DNA of 64,000 nt. Origin: Lama guanicoe. Lineage: Eukaryota. Positions 38,616-53,428 of the stretch are shown here, one piece after another. The DNA lies in the NCBI GenBank assembly GCA_013239625.1, contig MU053758.1, positions 2,356,001 through 2,420,000 of the forward strand, given 5' to 3'. The notes under the pieces were generated by a model. That model was given only the letters and a program-made list of their open reading frames with translations. It made no database searches and was not told the origin of the DNA. How positions within the stretch are numbered: the stretch's first letter is position 1; each line of letters starts with the position of its first letter. A program made the translations under genes and the position numbers.

Positions 38616-39822
38616 AATCGTCATTAAACTGAACAGAAACACGCAATGCACTTCGGGTGTCCGACGGGAGTTTCATCTTCGCTACAAGAGGAAGGTAAAA
38701 TTGCGTGTGAGCGTGTGGGTGAGTGTGTGGGTGAGTGCGTGGGTGTGTCGCCTGTGGGTTTGCATTTTTGCATCGTGTGTTTGGATGCCTCATCTCCTGC
38801 CTCCGGTGGGGAGAGGTTCTCCTTTTGCCCCTTTTTGGGGAAACCTCCAGAAGGAGCCCTCAGCCCTCTCCCTGCCCAACTGCCAACCAGAGCCAAGAGT
38901 ACGCCTCAGACAAAACCCCCTCTCCAGCCTCTAGCCACCAGCCACGGGATATCGCCGGCGCCTGGCGCCCACCGAGGCACAGTCGGGCAGGGGCGGGGCT
39001 TTCCCTAGGACTCGGTCTCCACCCTAGTCCCGGGTAGGGATAGGTGCCTGCGGGGAGCTGGGGCCGGCGGGCTCTTCTCCCTCTGCCCTCGGACGCCCGC
39101 GCCGGGCCTGCGTGTGCGTGCGGTGTGGTGTGCGTGTGTGTCTTTCATGCAAACCCTCCCTCCCCAAACCGACCCCCCCAACGATTTGCCATTCCATACA
39201 AATTTGGAAACAGGTTTTTTAAAAACAGTATGACGCACAACGGGGACGGGGTGGGGGAGGGCAGTGGCACTGGGGCCCCAAATCTCCGAGTCTCTGATTG
39301 TAAGAACCTGGGGAGGGGAGGGGGCAGCGTCGGCCCCCACTTCACCAAAGTGCACAGATCCGCGCTTGGGCGGCGCGGCCCGCGGGCCGGGAGGGGCATC
39401 CCGGGGCCGGGCCGGGCCGCTAGGCTCAGTCAGAACCTCCTTGCATAGATATTTGTGTCTTTTTTATTATTGGTAGTAGTATTTTTTGCCTTTTATTGCT
39501 TCTAAAAGTTCTTACTGCGTTTTCTCTCCGATCCGGACTCTGCGTTTGGCCTCCGTCGCCTCTTAGCCTTTTTTTTTTTTTGTATGTTTGTTTGTTTGTT
39601 TGTTTAAAAAAGGGGAAAGGGAAAAATGGATTCTAGTTACAAATTGTCTTGGCCTCTCTCTTTCCTCTCAATCCACATTCCCTCCCGCCAAAATTAAAAT
39701 CACAGAACGCTGAGACTAAGGGTTGGGGATAAGGGCTTCCAGGTCCAGGCTCAGGCGCCCTGACTTCTGCCCTCTACAAGAAAGAGGGGGCACCCTGCTC
39801 CTTTCTGCCTCGGCAGCTCGGT

Positions 39823-39824
<2 letters not shown>

Positions 39825-39899
<75 letters not shown>
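39825..39899. repeat. (TAA)25 microsatellite in the NEUROD2 3'UTR
   Basis: Direct count: 75 nt of perfect repeat. Confidence 0.95.
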
Positions 39900-39900
<1 letters not shown>

Positions 39901-40291
39901 CAGTATCCCACAGCTCAGCTGCCCCCTTACCAACGCCTTTGGGCCTGCAGGGGGAAAGGGGAGGAGGAAACCTAAGTGCAGGAATTGGGAATTAGGGCGG
40001 AGGGGTCTCCAGGGAGTTCCCGAAGAGGAGTCCCTGTAAAAGTACTCCCTGGGAAAGAGGAGGAGGGAACCTCTTGGGGAGAGAGAAGGCGAGTCCCCTG
40101 GGGGAAGCGAGGCCCCTGGGACGGGCCACCCACAGGTAAGAGGACCTCGCCGCCCAGAAGAGCAGCAGGATCGGCGGCCCGCTCCCCGCGCCCCGCGCCG
40201 GGTTAGGTGGGGAATGCCCCTGCGCTCGGGGGTGCTGGGGACAGGGGTGCGGGCAAAGGCAAAAGAAAAAGAAAGGGGCGGGCTCAAGGTC

Positions 40292-42573
<2,282 letters not shown>

Positions 42574-42700
42574 CTCGGAGAGGAGTCAAGGGGAGAGGGG
42601 AGGGGAGGGGGGGAGGGGGGCAAGAGAAGCAGCGGCTCCTCAAGGCGGCAGGCGCCGGCGTCTTCAGAGCGCCATGCGAACCGCGGAGCGAGTGTGGCAT
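42574..42700 (-). other. NEUROD2: NEUROD2 exon 1 (leader); 5' end uncertain, between about 42695 and 42800
   Basis: Ends at the strong donor. Inr-like CCACACT at 42697-42691, with a TATA-like CATAGA about 30 nt upstream. Confidence 0.7.
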
Positions 42701-42920
42701 CTCTACCAGGCGGGGTACCAGCCTCTATGCCAGGCCATATGGGCTTGGCACGTCACGGGCAGCAGCTATCACATGAGAGACGGTGATTGGCATGCGTCTG
42801 CATTGGGGGAGAGCCGGCTCCCCCGGGACCCGCCGCCATCTGTCACTCTCTACTCCAAAAAAAAAAAAATTAAATAAATAAAGGAAATAAATAAATATCT
42901 CTGCCGCCCTCCCCTCCCCG
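42700..42920 (-). promoter_or_regulatory. NEUROD2: NEUROD2 proximal promoter
   Basis: E-box CATATG at 42736-42741, CRE-like TGACGTG at 42755-42749, E-box TCACATGA at 42769-42776 and CCAAT (minus strand) at 42790-42786. Lies at the edge of the CpG island covering the gene. Confidence 0.7.
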
Positions 42921-43953
42921 CCCAACGCAGGGAAAGCAGGGATTGAGAGGGAGGTGGGAGGAGTTGCCCCCCTTGGATATAGAGTCCCCCACATGGGAAC
43001 AATGGGGTGGCAAGGCTGGAAACTGGGGGTTTGTGGTGTCCCCAATTCTATGCTCCCTCCAGGGTCCTGCTCTGTCCATTTCCTCCCTTTCAGGCCCCCA
43101 AAGGTGGGTCAGGGACCAGACCCTCGGGTCTGGAGAAGGGAACCTCTATGCTTGCCCCAACCCCACCCCCACAAGGATCCCCTCAGCCACAAAGGGACAG
43201 CTGAGGCCCCCTCCCAGAGTGGGCGTGGGGGCGTCCCTGGCCCAAGCCCCATAGGTAGATGTTGGCACCATGCCATCCCTCATCCCTGTCTGCCCCTCCT
43301 CCACCCACCCGCACGCACACACAACATATGTGGCTGAACGAAATTCAAACCAAGGGAAAGACAGAGAAAAGGAAAGACTTGCCTGGATGTCTGTGCCTCT
43401 GCATGGGCGTGTGTGTGTGTCTGTGGGGACATGTGTGTCTATCTGTGGAGTCAGCGGATGGGAGAGATTTCCTTGGGTGTTTCAGGGCATATGTATATTG
43501 GGATGAGGATGGAAAGGCTCACCTTGGGGTGAGCCTGTGCACTCACCGTCTGGGGTGGGAGAGAGGGCTCAGTCAGGATTCCTAACCCAGAAACCTCTCC
43601 CTCCTCTCCCCACTTCCCTGTCCAACATACCCTCCCCTGCTAGACAAGTGACCATCCCACCAGTGGCTTTCTCTCCTGCCTCTGACTTGCTTATTTGAGG
43701 GAGGAGGGGACTGAGCTGGGAATTACCTCAAGTTCCAGGAGGAGACTCAAGCCTTCTCCTCCTGCTGCAAAAAATAGTGAAAATACTGAAGCCAACTCCA
43801 GCAGTCTTGAGAGTGACCAAGGGGAGGTGAGTCAGACAGGTGTCTTGATAAGGAAGGTAGGAAATTGCTATTTTGTCTTACAGCTCATCTTTCATTCCTC
43901 ACACTGGGCCAGACACAGATGCAAATGGCCTGGGCTGAGGGAGGTAGCTTTAG

Positions 43954-43977
43954 ACACACACACACACACACACACAC
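43954..43977. repeat. (AC)n microsatellite
   Basis: Direct read. Confidence 0.9.
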
Positions 43978-46900
43978 CTGTTCCTCATTCTGTGGTGCAG
44001 AAAATGGATACACACCCCTACTCAGATAGATTCATGTGTGTAAGCAGGTAATCACAACCAGGTGTAGAGAGACCCTTGCCCACACAGTGATTCAGGCGTT
44101 TGTCTGTTTCAGACCCACATTTCCTGCCCCTCCCCACCCTCCAGCTTCCATATGCTTGGACAACTTCAATTATACCTTAACCACACACACTCTGATGTCA
44201 ACCATGTGCTCAGGGCTGTGGTGGTGCAAAGATGCGGGTTTCACCCTCAGTCTTGATAGATAGTTTTCTCCCCCTAGGAGCTTCTAGAAGGGGTTTCGAA
44301 CTGGTAAGACACTGACCTGATGCTTGGTGGGATGAATTAGGTTAGACAGAGACACACATGATGGCTAAGGAGGGCTTGGAGAAGAGGGGCTGGCACTGTG
44401 TGGGGCTGACCAGGAACCAAAAGGCACTTCAAATACTCCTTCTACAGAGGCCCATAAAGGGGAACTGACTTGTCCAGGAACACACAGTGGAAAGCAGAAC
44501 TGGGTCTAGAATCCAGGGACTTAACCCCCAGCCCAGTGCTCCTTCTACAATCCCACAATCTGCCTCGGGGTCCCCAAGGATGAGAAGCCAGTGGTAAGTT
44601 TTCCTCCACTCATACATCCTGGTTCTGGGAAGGTAGACTCCCACCTCTGGAAGATGTCTGGGGCCCTCTGGGTATGGTAGAGAGGGTCTCTCTGGTGGGG
44701 CAAAGACTCAGTAATGCTGGCCAGGCCTCTGTCCATGTCTGGGCACAGCCCTAGAAGCTTCACTGTTCCTTTATGGAGTGTGGGGTGTTTTGAATCCTGA
44801 CATATGGCCTTTCTAGAGCCCCCCGTCATATGGTATTCTGATTACACACACATGCTTTGGGCTCTAATTACTGGCCAACACTGCTTGCCAGCCTTAAAGA
44901 ATGCTGAATACCTTGAACAAGTTACATAATAGCTCTCAGTCTTGATTTCCCCATCTGTAAAATGGGGACAATTATTCTATACCTCATAGAGCTGGTGTCA
45001 GTACTAAATGGCTAAGATATGAACTGAGTTCAGCACAGGGTTAGTCATAGAGTTCGCCTGTAATAAATGTCACTCTCATTTTCATTAAAGCACTTTGTAA
45101 ACTGTAAGATGCTTTACAATATTAATTCCTGGCACATACCCCCCCACTCCCAAGACACACACACATTCAGAAAGCTATGTGTATAAGGGAACTGAGTTTT
45201 TGTTGAATTAATGGGCTAATGAATGGGTGAGCAAGTAAATTAATGCTTCCTTGTGATTGAAAGCTACCCCTCTGCCCTCTCCTTTGGACACTGAGGGCTG
45301 GGTTAAGCCTCACAGGCCTCTTCCAGCTCTGCTTTCTGCTCCAGACAGGAGGCAGACCTCCGCAGCATAGCGGAGCCCTTCGGAGGTCCTTCCATCCCTT
45401 TCCTATCTCCTATCAGGAATGACCTCAGCCTGCTGAAGGAGGCCTGAGGGGCAGGGGGGCATCCCTAAGGGTATGAGGAACTTCATCCCTCTCAGTCTGT
45501 TTGCTGCCCCTGTCTCTTCTTCCTTCAGAAAAATGGAACAAGTTTTTCTCACTCGACACATTTCAACTTTATTTTAGAAGATACAATAAAAAAAAAAAAA
45601 CATGGGAAAATTGGAACAGAGGGAGGTGTGGGATGGGCCCGCCTTAGACATGGGCTTGAAAGAGGTATAACACACACGTGTCCACATACACAAGAACAAG
45701 CATGAACATACAGGGACATCCCTGCTCCTCTCTGTGCACCCGGAGAGGCAGAGATGCAGTGATGGAGAGACAGAGCGAGCCAGAAACGAAAGGAAGGAGA
45801 CGGAAGGAGAAGGACACCCAGAGATGCCATCTGTTCCTCCCCCTGGCATTGGGGGAAGGGAGTTGGTGAGGGGTCTGGTCCCCTCCGGGTCTCTGACAGG
45901 GAAGGGGAAGGGTGGGCACCTCAGCCAGGCCTGGAAGACTCCCATTCCTGCTGCCCACTCCCATCCAGGGAGCTGGGAGCCGAGGGTCTGAGGTTCCCAT
46001 GGAGACATAGCCCCATCCCAGGGGAGGCCACAGTCTGGGCACCTAAAATGGCTGCCTCAGAGGGGTGGCGGCCATTTTGTGCAGTCATCGGTCCTGAGGG
46101 GGTCGGGGGGGAGGGGGGCTGAGAGTGTAGAGTAGAGGGTGGGGGGATAGGTCATTCCTGAGCAGTCAAGGGAACTGCTCAGAGGGTAGGAGAACTGTAA
46201 ACCTCCACCCCATTCTGACACCCAGAAAGACACCTAGCCGTTGCCGCCATCACCACCACCACCATGCCCCAAATAAGATTGGTGGGGGCAAGTGTGCTGG
46301 AGAAGGAGGCTTGATTTCCCACCAAAGTGTCAAAGCAAGCGTGAGGAGCAAGTGGATTAGAACCCAGGTGTCCATTCCCTGGTCGCAGCCATCTAACTCC
46401 ATCTCTGGGGGCCTCCCTGGCTGAGGCGGGCAGACAGGTGAAGAATGAGGGCAGGAGCAGGGCAGGGCTCTTCTCACCCCACCTCTGACTTGAGGGGAGG
46501 GACAGGAATCTGGGGATCCTCCGAGGGGCCCGTACTCCTGGCATGGGCGGTGCTGTGGGGAAGGAGGGAGGGGAGGGGGCAGGCTGGCACTGCCCAGACG
46601 GCGACTCTTCCATCCGTTCAGATGCTCGAAGCTTCCTCCTGAAGCAGGAGAGCACCTGCCATCCCTTCCCCAGCCCCCTGCCCACCTCAAGTCCAAAAGG
46701 ACGTTGGGGGAGGGGGACCTGCCGCTTCCTCCTGGCTCTGGGGTGGGCACCTGCCCCGCTGCCCCCTCCCCCCACCCGCCGCAGTGTTCTGGGGAGCGGC
46801 GGGCACGCCAGATGGCGTGGCTGAGAATGCGGCGACGTTGCCGGGAGGTGAGGGCTGGCACGGGTGATATGCGGCTGCGTGCCTTGTGGTGCCACCGGGG

Positions 46901-49900
46901 AGGGGGAGGGGGAGGACCAGTGAGGTGTAGCCCCCCTCCTCTGGGCTGACCTCCTGTCCTGACCTCCAGCTCACTCCCAGGATTCTCTTCGACTTCCTTT
47001 GCCTGAGCCCTGGGCTCCGGCTCTGGGTCTAGGTCCCACCCAGACAGGTGGGCCAGGCTTGAGCTGAGAGTCCTGGGTCAGACCCCTGCTGCACCCCCCA
47101 CCCACCCCGAACCTGGGACAAAGGGCGGCAGAGGAGACCCACTAGTCCTCCAGCAAAGCCAGCCCTGTCATGATTGTTCCCTTGCTCCCAAAGTAGAGTG
47201 ACCTTTGCCCCATAACCTTTGACTTCTGGCTTCTGAGTCCTGTTTTTCTGAAGAGAACTCCTTCCCTGATGGGCTCTGGACCCTGAGTCTCTTTTTCATG
47301 CAACTCATTTTCATTCCTCACCAAGAGGATTCCTGTTGGACACCTCTTCCTGGGAGCCTTCCCTGACCTCCCCAGGCAGGGCAGCTTTAATACTTACCAC
47401 TTTCTGTTAGGAAGATCCATTTACCCATCTGGGTCCCTGACCTGACCATGGTGGATACTTACCTTATATCTCAGTAGTCTGGTGCGTCACATAGGCTGTA
47501 TACAGTTGGTGCTCAATAAATGCTCCTTGCATTAATGCCTGGCTGGCTTAGAGTGTTCAGGATACTAGAGCCTTTCTGCCAAGACTCTCCTAAAGCAGTA
47601 AGGTCCAAGGTCTGGGGCTAAGCCCAGAACCCCCCAGACCAAAAGGCCCCTCCTCTTGCCTTTTGCACAAATTTCAGTCTGAGGAGGGGGACTTGGGACA
47701 GGGTTGGGATGTCACAGATTCCGCTCAAAGTGGCCTTCAGATAGAGGGCTTAGGGCATGGAGGCTGAGCCTGGGAGTGCTTGACCTCCATTCCCTGGGCA
47801 CCAAGCTCTGATTCTGAGGCCCCAAGAGGCCCCGCAGTGCCACCCCCTTCAGGGTGGTTCCTGTCCAGGTCTAGACCCCCTTCTTGGGCCTCATACCTCT
47901 CAGCAGACTCGGGGGGTGCTGCTTCCTCTCCTTACCCCATACCTTCCCTGAATGGGGTAAAGTCTGCTCCCTGAGGGGAGGGGAGATGAGGTCCAGGGAC
48001 ACAGCTGAGTCCCACTTCCACTGCCATTTCTTCTTTGCTGATGCTACTCGCCAAGCCACCCTCCAATATCTCAGCCCTTCTGCCTTATGGACCTGGCCCA
48101 GGCCCTCCTCCTCTGGGAAGCACTGACTTCCCACAGTACCATTGCTCCTCTGGCTTCCAGCCTAGGACCTAGGCTGTTCATCCTGCCCATTCTATATGAG
48201 GGCAAATCTGAATGTGGTATTCCCCTACTCTGGCACCCTCAGTGGCTCCCCATCACCTCTAGGATCAGGTCATGATCCTCATGGACCTCGATCTGCCTGC
48301 TGCCCAGCTTTCCCTTCACACTTGTCCCTGCCTTGAACTCTGCCCCTCAGCCACTCTAAACTGCTTAAGCTTTCACGAGCCTCATGCTTATGAGTCTTTG
48401 CTCAGGCTGTCCCCTCTGCCTGGAGCACCCTCCCCATGTTCCTCAACTTTTAAGTTGAAGCCTCACCTCCTCCAGGAAGTCTCTCTGGGTTAGATGTCCC
48501 TTTCCAGATGCTCCTAATGCCTCCTGCACACTTCTACTAAGATACAGACCATGATCTTTACCTCATGGGTCTCTTCCATCTGGAAGGCAGAAACTGGGCC
48601 CAGAAACTGGCACCCAGAACAGCCTCAGTAAGTGAAAATAAGTGGCACCAAAAGCCTGTCCTGCCACTGCCCAGAAACCGGAGGCTGCAGTCAAGGCAGG
48701 AAACCCACCTGCAGGAAGCTCCTTCTCCAAACCCTCCCTCATTTCCCCTCAGCTTCCCCACAAATCCCAGCACTGCCAAGAAACATCAGCCTTCCCCTCT
48801 GTAAAATGGGCATGATAATTACAATAAGACACCTGCTAAGCATCAGATGAGCTAACAGGTGTGAAAGTGCTGTCTCAGCAACAGCCCCATCCAGGTAAGA
48901 CTGATTTCACCCCAAGCCCCCGATCAACCTTAGTTTCTTTTTTTTAAAAAAAACTTTGTTACTGAATCTCTGTTTATCATCACATGTTTGTTCTGTATTT
49001 CTTGTCAGTTTTCCAAGTGAGCAGTTAGGGTGTCCTGCCCCTGCCCCTCCACAGGTCCGCAGACGAAGGGAGTCTGATGAAGAGGGAGCTCGGGGTGGCC
49101 AAAAGAGCACCAGACTTAGCAGGGTCTCAACCTTTGTCATATCACGTAACCCTCTTCTTCCTCATCTGTAAAATGGGAATAGTGCCACCTGTCCACCTGC
49201 TCATGTCTCTCAGCGCTGTTGGGAGGACCCAAAGAACAGCAGTTATGAAGTGCACTTGGGATGGTTGAGTCCTGACTGATGGTGGATCATGGGCACCTGC
49301 TGGGGCAGTGCAGGGCAGTGGGGAAATCATAGGGTTGTGTCCCAGGCTCCCTTTCCTTCAGGTGGGCTGTTTTGAACTTGCCTGTGACTTGGGCATGTCC
49401 AGATTTCATCCCCTAGAAATCAGAACCAGGGATCTGGCCTGGGGACTTCTGGGAACCTGATACCAGACCGTTCTCTGATGCCTCCCTTGAGCCCGACATG
49501 GGTGCATGGGGCACCTAGGGCTGGCAGTGGGCACAAATGACCCACAGCTGCAGCGGTGCTGGTGCTCAGAGGAGGACAACCTCAAATAGCCAAGTGTGGG
49601 GGGTATCCATGGTGGGCACAGCCAGGGCAGGAGGTCACAATTTAACCAGAGACCTCTTGGCTCAGCCCCTGGGATATTGGAGCCTAGGACAGTGTGAAAG
49701 AGACTTAGCCATAACCTCCCTGCTTTACCACCCTGAGGAGTCAGGGTGGGGGCACAGGAGGAGAGGGAACAGTCTAGAGGTAGGAGCCTCATGGCCCAAT
49801 GCCCCACCTTACAGATCAGGAAACCACAGCACAGAGAGGCAAAGCAACCTGCCTGGTGTCACACAATAAGTGAGTGACAGCTGGGACTAGAAACTAGGAC

Positions 49901-49989
49901 CTCAATTACTGCCTTGGGGTCCTGCTGTCCCTGGGGCCTCAGAGCTCTCTGTAATAATGTAATACATAATCCATGATAATGTAATAATA

Positions 49990-50220
49990 CAGCGGTAGTG
50001 TTATCTGTGCCAGGCCCTGGCTTCACACACACTTATTTCATTCTCACCATGACCTCAGATGTGGGATTACTATTATCTCCACTTAAAGACGAGGATGCTA
50101 AGGCACAGAGAGGTTGAGATTAAGGTTGCCATGCTAAGGTCACACAGCTAGTAAGTAGCAGAGCTCAGATTTGAACCAAGCTCTCTCTGACTCAGAGTCT
50201 AAGCTCTTATTCATTATTAC
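49990..50220 (-). mobile_element. MIR SINE remnant
   Basis: aaggcacagagaggtt...aaggtcacacagctagtaagtagcagagctcagatttgaacc. Confidence 0.75.
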
Positions 50221-50769
50221 GACTTGTGTTCCTTTCTCTGAAGCCCCTGTGATCTCCACACTGTGAGACCAGCAGACTGTACAATAGAGAGGGAAAGAAG
50301 GATGCACTGGGAAGATCTGATGCCAAGAATTTACCTATTGTCCAGGACCCCACATCACGGAAGCCAGTGCACCCACCTGGGTCTCTGCACTACTCATGGG
50401 TAGGTGGGGGCTCCCTCTACACAGGGCAAGGGGCAGTCACATTAAACATGGGGTTTCTCCACCCTGTATCCCTCTTCCCTCAGCTCTTTCTGGAGGTGAT
50501 CCCCTCGCCCTTGCAGGCTCAATAAGTTGCTCCCTTCACCAGGAAGTCCTCCCTGATGCCCAGTGAGGGAATGTTGCTCTTTCCTATGGCCCTTGACTCC
50601 ACGTTGAGCACTTGGGGATGGACGTACCAGCTGGAACCCCAGCTTCACCACTTGATTACTAGCCGCCTGCCACGCCTTTCTGTTTTTCCGTCTGTAAAAT
50701 GGGAATAAGGAGCGCTACCTCACAGAATCTTTGTTAGGATTAGAAGCGAAGCAGTGTTCTATTAGGAAG

Positions 50770-51920
50770 TACCTGGCACCCAGCGGGCCCAGCCCACCCA
50801 CTGGCTCCATCTCCTTGTCCTCCTCACCCTCGCTTTCTCCCGGTTCTCTCCTCACCACCCCGCCCCGTGCCTGGCAGAGGGCCTGGCGCGCCCCAGCCGC
50901 CCAGTCCCGGCTCGCTGCCCGCCTTCCAGCCCGCCGGGCTCCCTCGGCACGTGCCCTGCGCCCCTTGGGGCTGCTCCACCTCCTGGGAGGCCTCGCCTCG
51001 CGCCCTCTGGCCCGAAGCCCGGCTGGGGCTCCTGGTCGCCTCCTGGAAGCGGGGTCCATCGGGAGGCTGGGAGGTGGGGTTGGCGGGAGCGGGAGCGGGA
51101 GCCTGGATGGACGGGCGGCGGCGGGATGAGGACGCTGCCCCTTTAAGGTGCCACCGCCGCGTGGCAGGGAAACAGCTTGTGCCAGCCCCATTCCGCCCGG
51201 CTCCGCTCGCAACAAGAAACACAATGCATAACAATCAGGCGCGCGCTTGGAGCCGTGCCACGCGGCGGGGGCGGGGCGGGGCCGCGGGCGGGGCGGGGGC
51301 GCCGGGGGCGCGACCCCCGACNNNNNNNNNNNNNTGCCCCGAGCAGCCACCCTGCGCCCCACGAGGTGGCCTTGCGCCCCGGGGCCCCCGCCTGGCCCCG
51401 CTCGCCTCCCCCTCCCTCCCCGCCTTCGCGCTCCCTACAAAGTTCATTCCCACTAACTCTTTTCCAGGCCACTTCCCCCTCACATCTGACAATCCGGGGC
51501 CCCTCATTCTCCCAGTAATCACTCCACTGCACTAATTGCACATGCAAATATGCAAATGCGTATTAATTAATTACTATACTAATTAGTTCTGTGGTATTTG
51601 CGAGTAATAAATCATTGGATGGGAGCGAGGAAGCTGGAGACCTGGCCCATTTTCATTCTGCATAAAATTTTAATGGTCTCTCTGGCTGATCCGGGACGGC
51701 AGCGCGCGGAGAGGCTCTTAAAGGGCCAGTGGCGGTGGGAAGGGGCAGGGACGCAGAGCGCCCGGTGACCCCGGCCCCAGACGGGCTTGGAGGTGCAGCC
51801 CCAAGCCCTGCAGAGGCGGTCTCCAGCACTAGGTTGGTTTTTCCTCTCCCCTCCTGGGCTAAGTGTCCCACTGGGTGGCTTCTAAGGAGAGAATCCGGGC
51901 GCGGAGGAGGCGGCTGAGCT
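50770..51920. promoter_or_regulatory. Intergenic CpG island enclosing an AT-rich enhancer-like core (51530-51690)
   Basis: GC-box cluster at 51265-51300. The core has tandem ATGCAAAT octamers (51542-51549 and 51550-51557), TAATTAATTA and CTAATTAG. Confidence 0.7.
51322..51334. other. Assembly gap (13 N)
   Basis: Run of N inside extremely GC-rich sequence. Confidence 0.99.
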
Positions 51921-53331
51921 CCGTTTCTTTAAGAAAGGAAAGAGGGCAGGGAGCTGTGAAAGGCCAATGCCAAGGCCTTTGGGGCCCCAGGGAGCCAGAA
52001 ATGAAGTCTCCATTTCCGGGATGGCTGAGTAAACTGAGGCATGGGACAGACCAGGCTTAGCTTTCACTCCTGTCTGTCCCAAGGGGAAGGAAGCCACCAG
52101 CATACCCTGGATACCTCCTGTCATATCTCTGGTAGGGGCCACCAAGGCTGGGGTTACCTCCAGCTTTCCCTTTCCACATGATCAAACTGCTGCCCCGCCC
52201 CCGTGGGCACCAGCTGGCACCCTGGCAGAGCAGTCCTGGGCTGAGTGGACCCCTGGGACCCCGCTTCTTTTCTAGGAGGTAGGCAGAACCTGAGCACAGG
52301 GAAGGGGCTGGCTGCTTTGCAGGACCATTGATTGACCTCCTAATTGAGCTCAAGCTGGGTTCTAGAGGGATGTCAGAGGTGGGAAGAGTGAGGAAGGGGA
52401 GACTGTGGGGCTGTCCTGAGCCGAGATCCCCAATACCAGCGTCTCCAGGCTGGTTCAGCTCACCCTCCAACCTTCTTCCATCAACAAGCCCCCGATGGGG
52501 CAAGGCCTAAATGGGGTCAGAGCTCTAGTGGGGTCAATAATAATAACAGTAACTTACAATACTGTTAATTCAGGGGAACATTTATTTAGCTGAGACCTGT
52601 TCTGAGCACTATAGATGTCTCACAACAATCCAGGGACATAGGTGCTGTTACAGGCCCTTTTATGAATGTAGGAACACAGGCACTAGAAGGTTAAGCAACC
52701 TGCCTGAGGTCACTCAGCTGCGAGGAGTGGAGTGGCATTTGAACCAAGACAGTCCAGCTCTGGCATCTGGGTGCTTATCACCACACTCTGCCACCTCTCT
52801 CTCCGCCACGATGTCCTCAGAACCTGCTGAGAGCCAGGCCCTGTGCTCAGGAAAAGAACTTCACAGGCAGTGTCTCATTCAACTCTCATGACAACCCTGG
52901 AGGCAGGTTCCATGATTCTCCGCTATTCCAGAGCTGGGGAACCCAAGTCTCAGAGAGGTTGACCAAGTTGCTTCTGGCAAACAAGGAGGATGCAGCAAAG
53001 CCAGATTCACACCCAGCCTGTGTAACAGCAGAGTCCAGCAGGTCTCTGGGGGTGGGGCAAAGAAGGGTCATGACAGCTCCTGCTGACTAGAACAAGAAAA
53101 GAAATGGAAGGGATTTCAGTTAGACAGACTGTGGGGGGAACTTGCTTCTTGAGAAGTGGGGGCTCCAGGAGCTGGAGTAGGGTGGAAGCTTCTTTCCCAA
53201 GAAGCAGGCTGGGGAAAGGCCACAGCTGCCTGAGTCAGGGGGAGGTGCTGGGTAGAGGAATGGGAGGGAACAGAAGGGCCCAGAATGAGACACCCCAGTC
53301 AGAACCACAACATTCAGAAATCCTGGTTGGG

Positions 53332-53428
53332 TTTTTTCTTTTTCTTTTTCATGGAGATACTGGGAATTGAACCCAGGACCTCATGTATGCTAAGCATGTG
53401 CTCTAACACTGAGCTATTTCCCTCCCCC
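53332..53428 (-). mobile_element. tRNA-derived SINE resembling vic-1, second copy
   Basis: Reverse complement reads GGGGGAGGGAAATAGCTCAGTGTTAGAGCACATGCTTAGCATACATGAGGTCCTGGGTTCAATTCCCAGTA followed by an A-rich tail. TGGTTGG occurs on both flanks. Confidence 0.8.

Larger units (their letters stand above)
38590..40291 (-). other. NEUROD2: NEUROD2 3'UTR
   Basis: Runs from the stop codon to the distal AATAAA and has no interspersed repeats. Confidence 0.65.

Noticed and set aside
39821..40039. Poly-Ile ORF resembling a membrane peptide (also 39751-40524 on the minus strand)
   Set aside because: Artefact of the (TAA)25 microsatellite.
50715..51547. ORFs of over 200 aa in the intergenic CpG island
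   Set aside because: They cross the N gap, are open in several frames on both strands and have Arg/Pro/Gly/Ala-biased composition.
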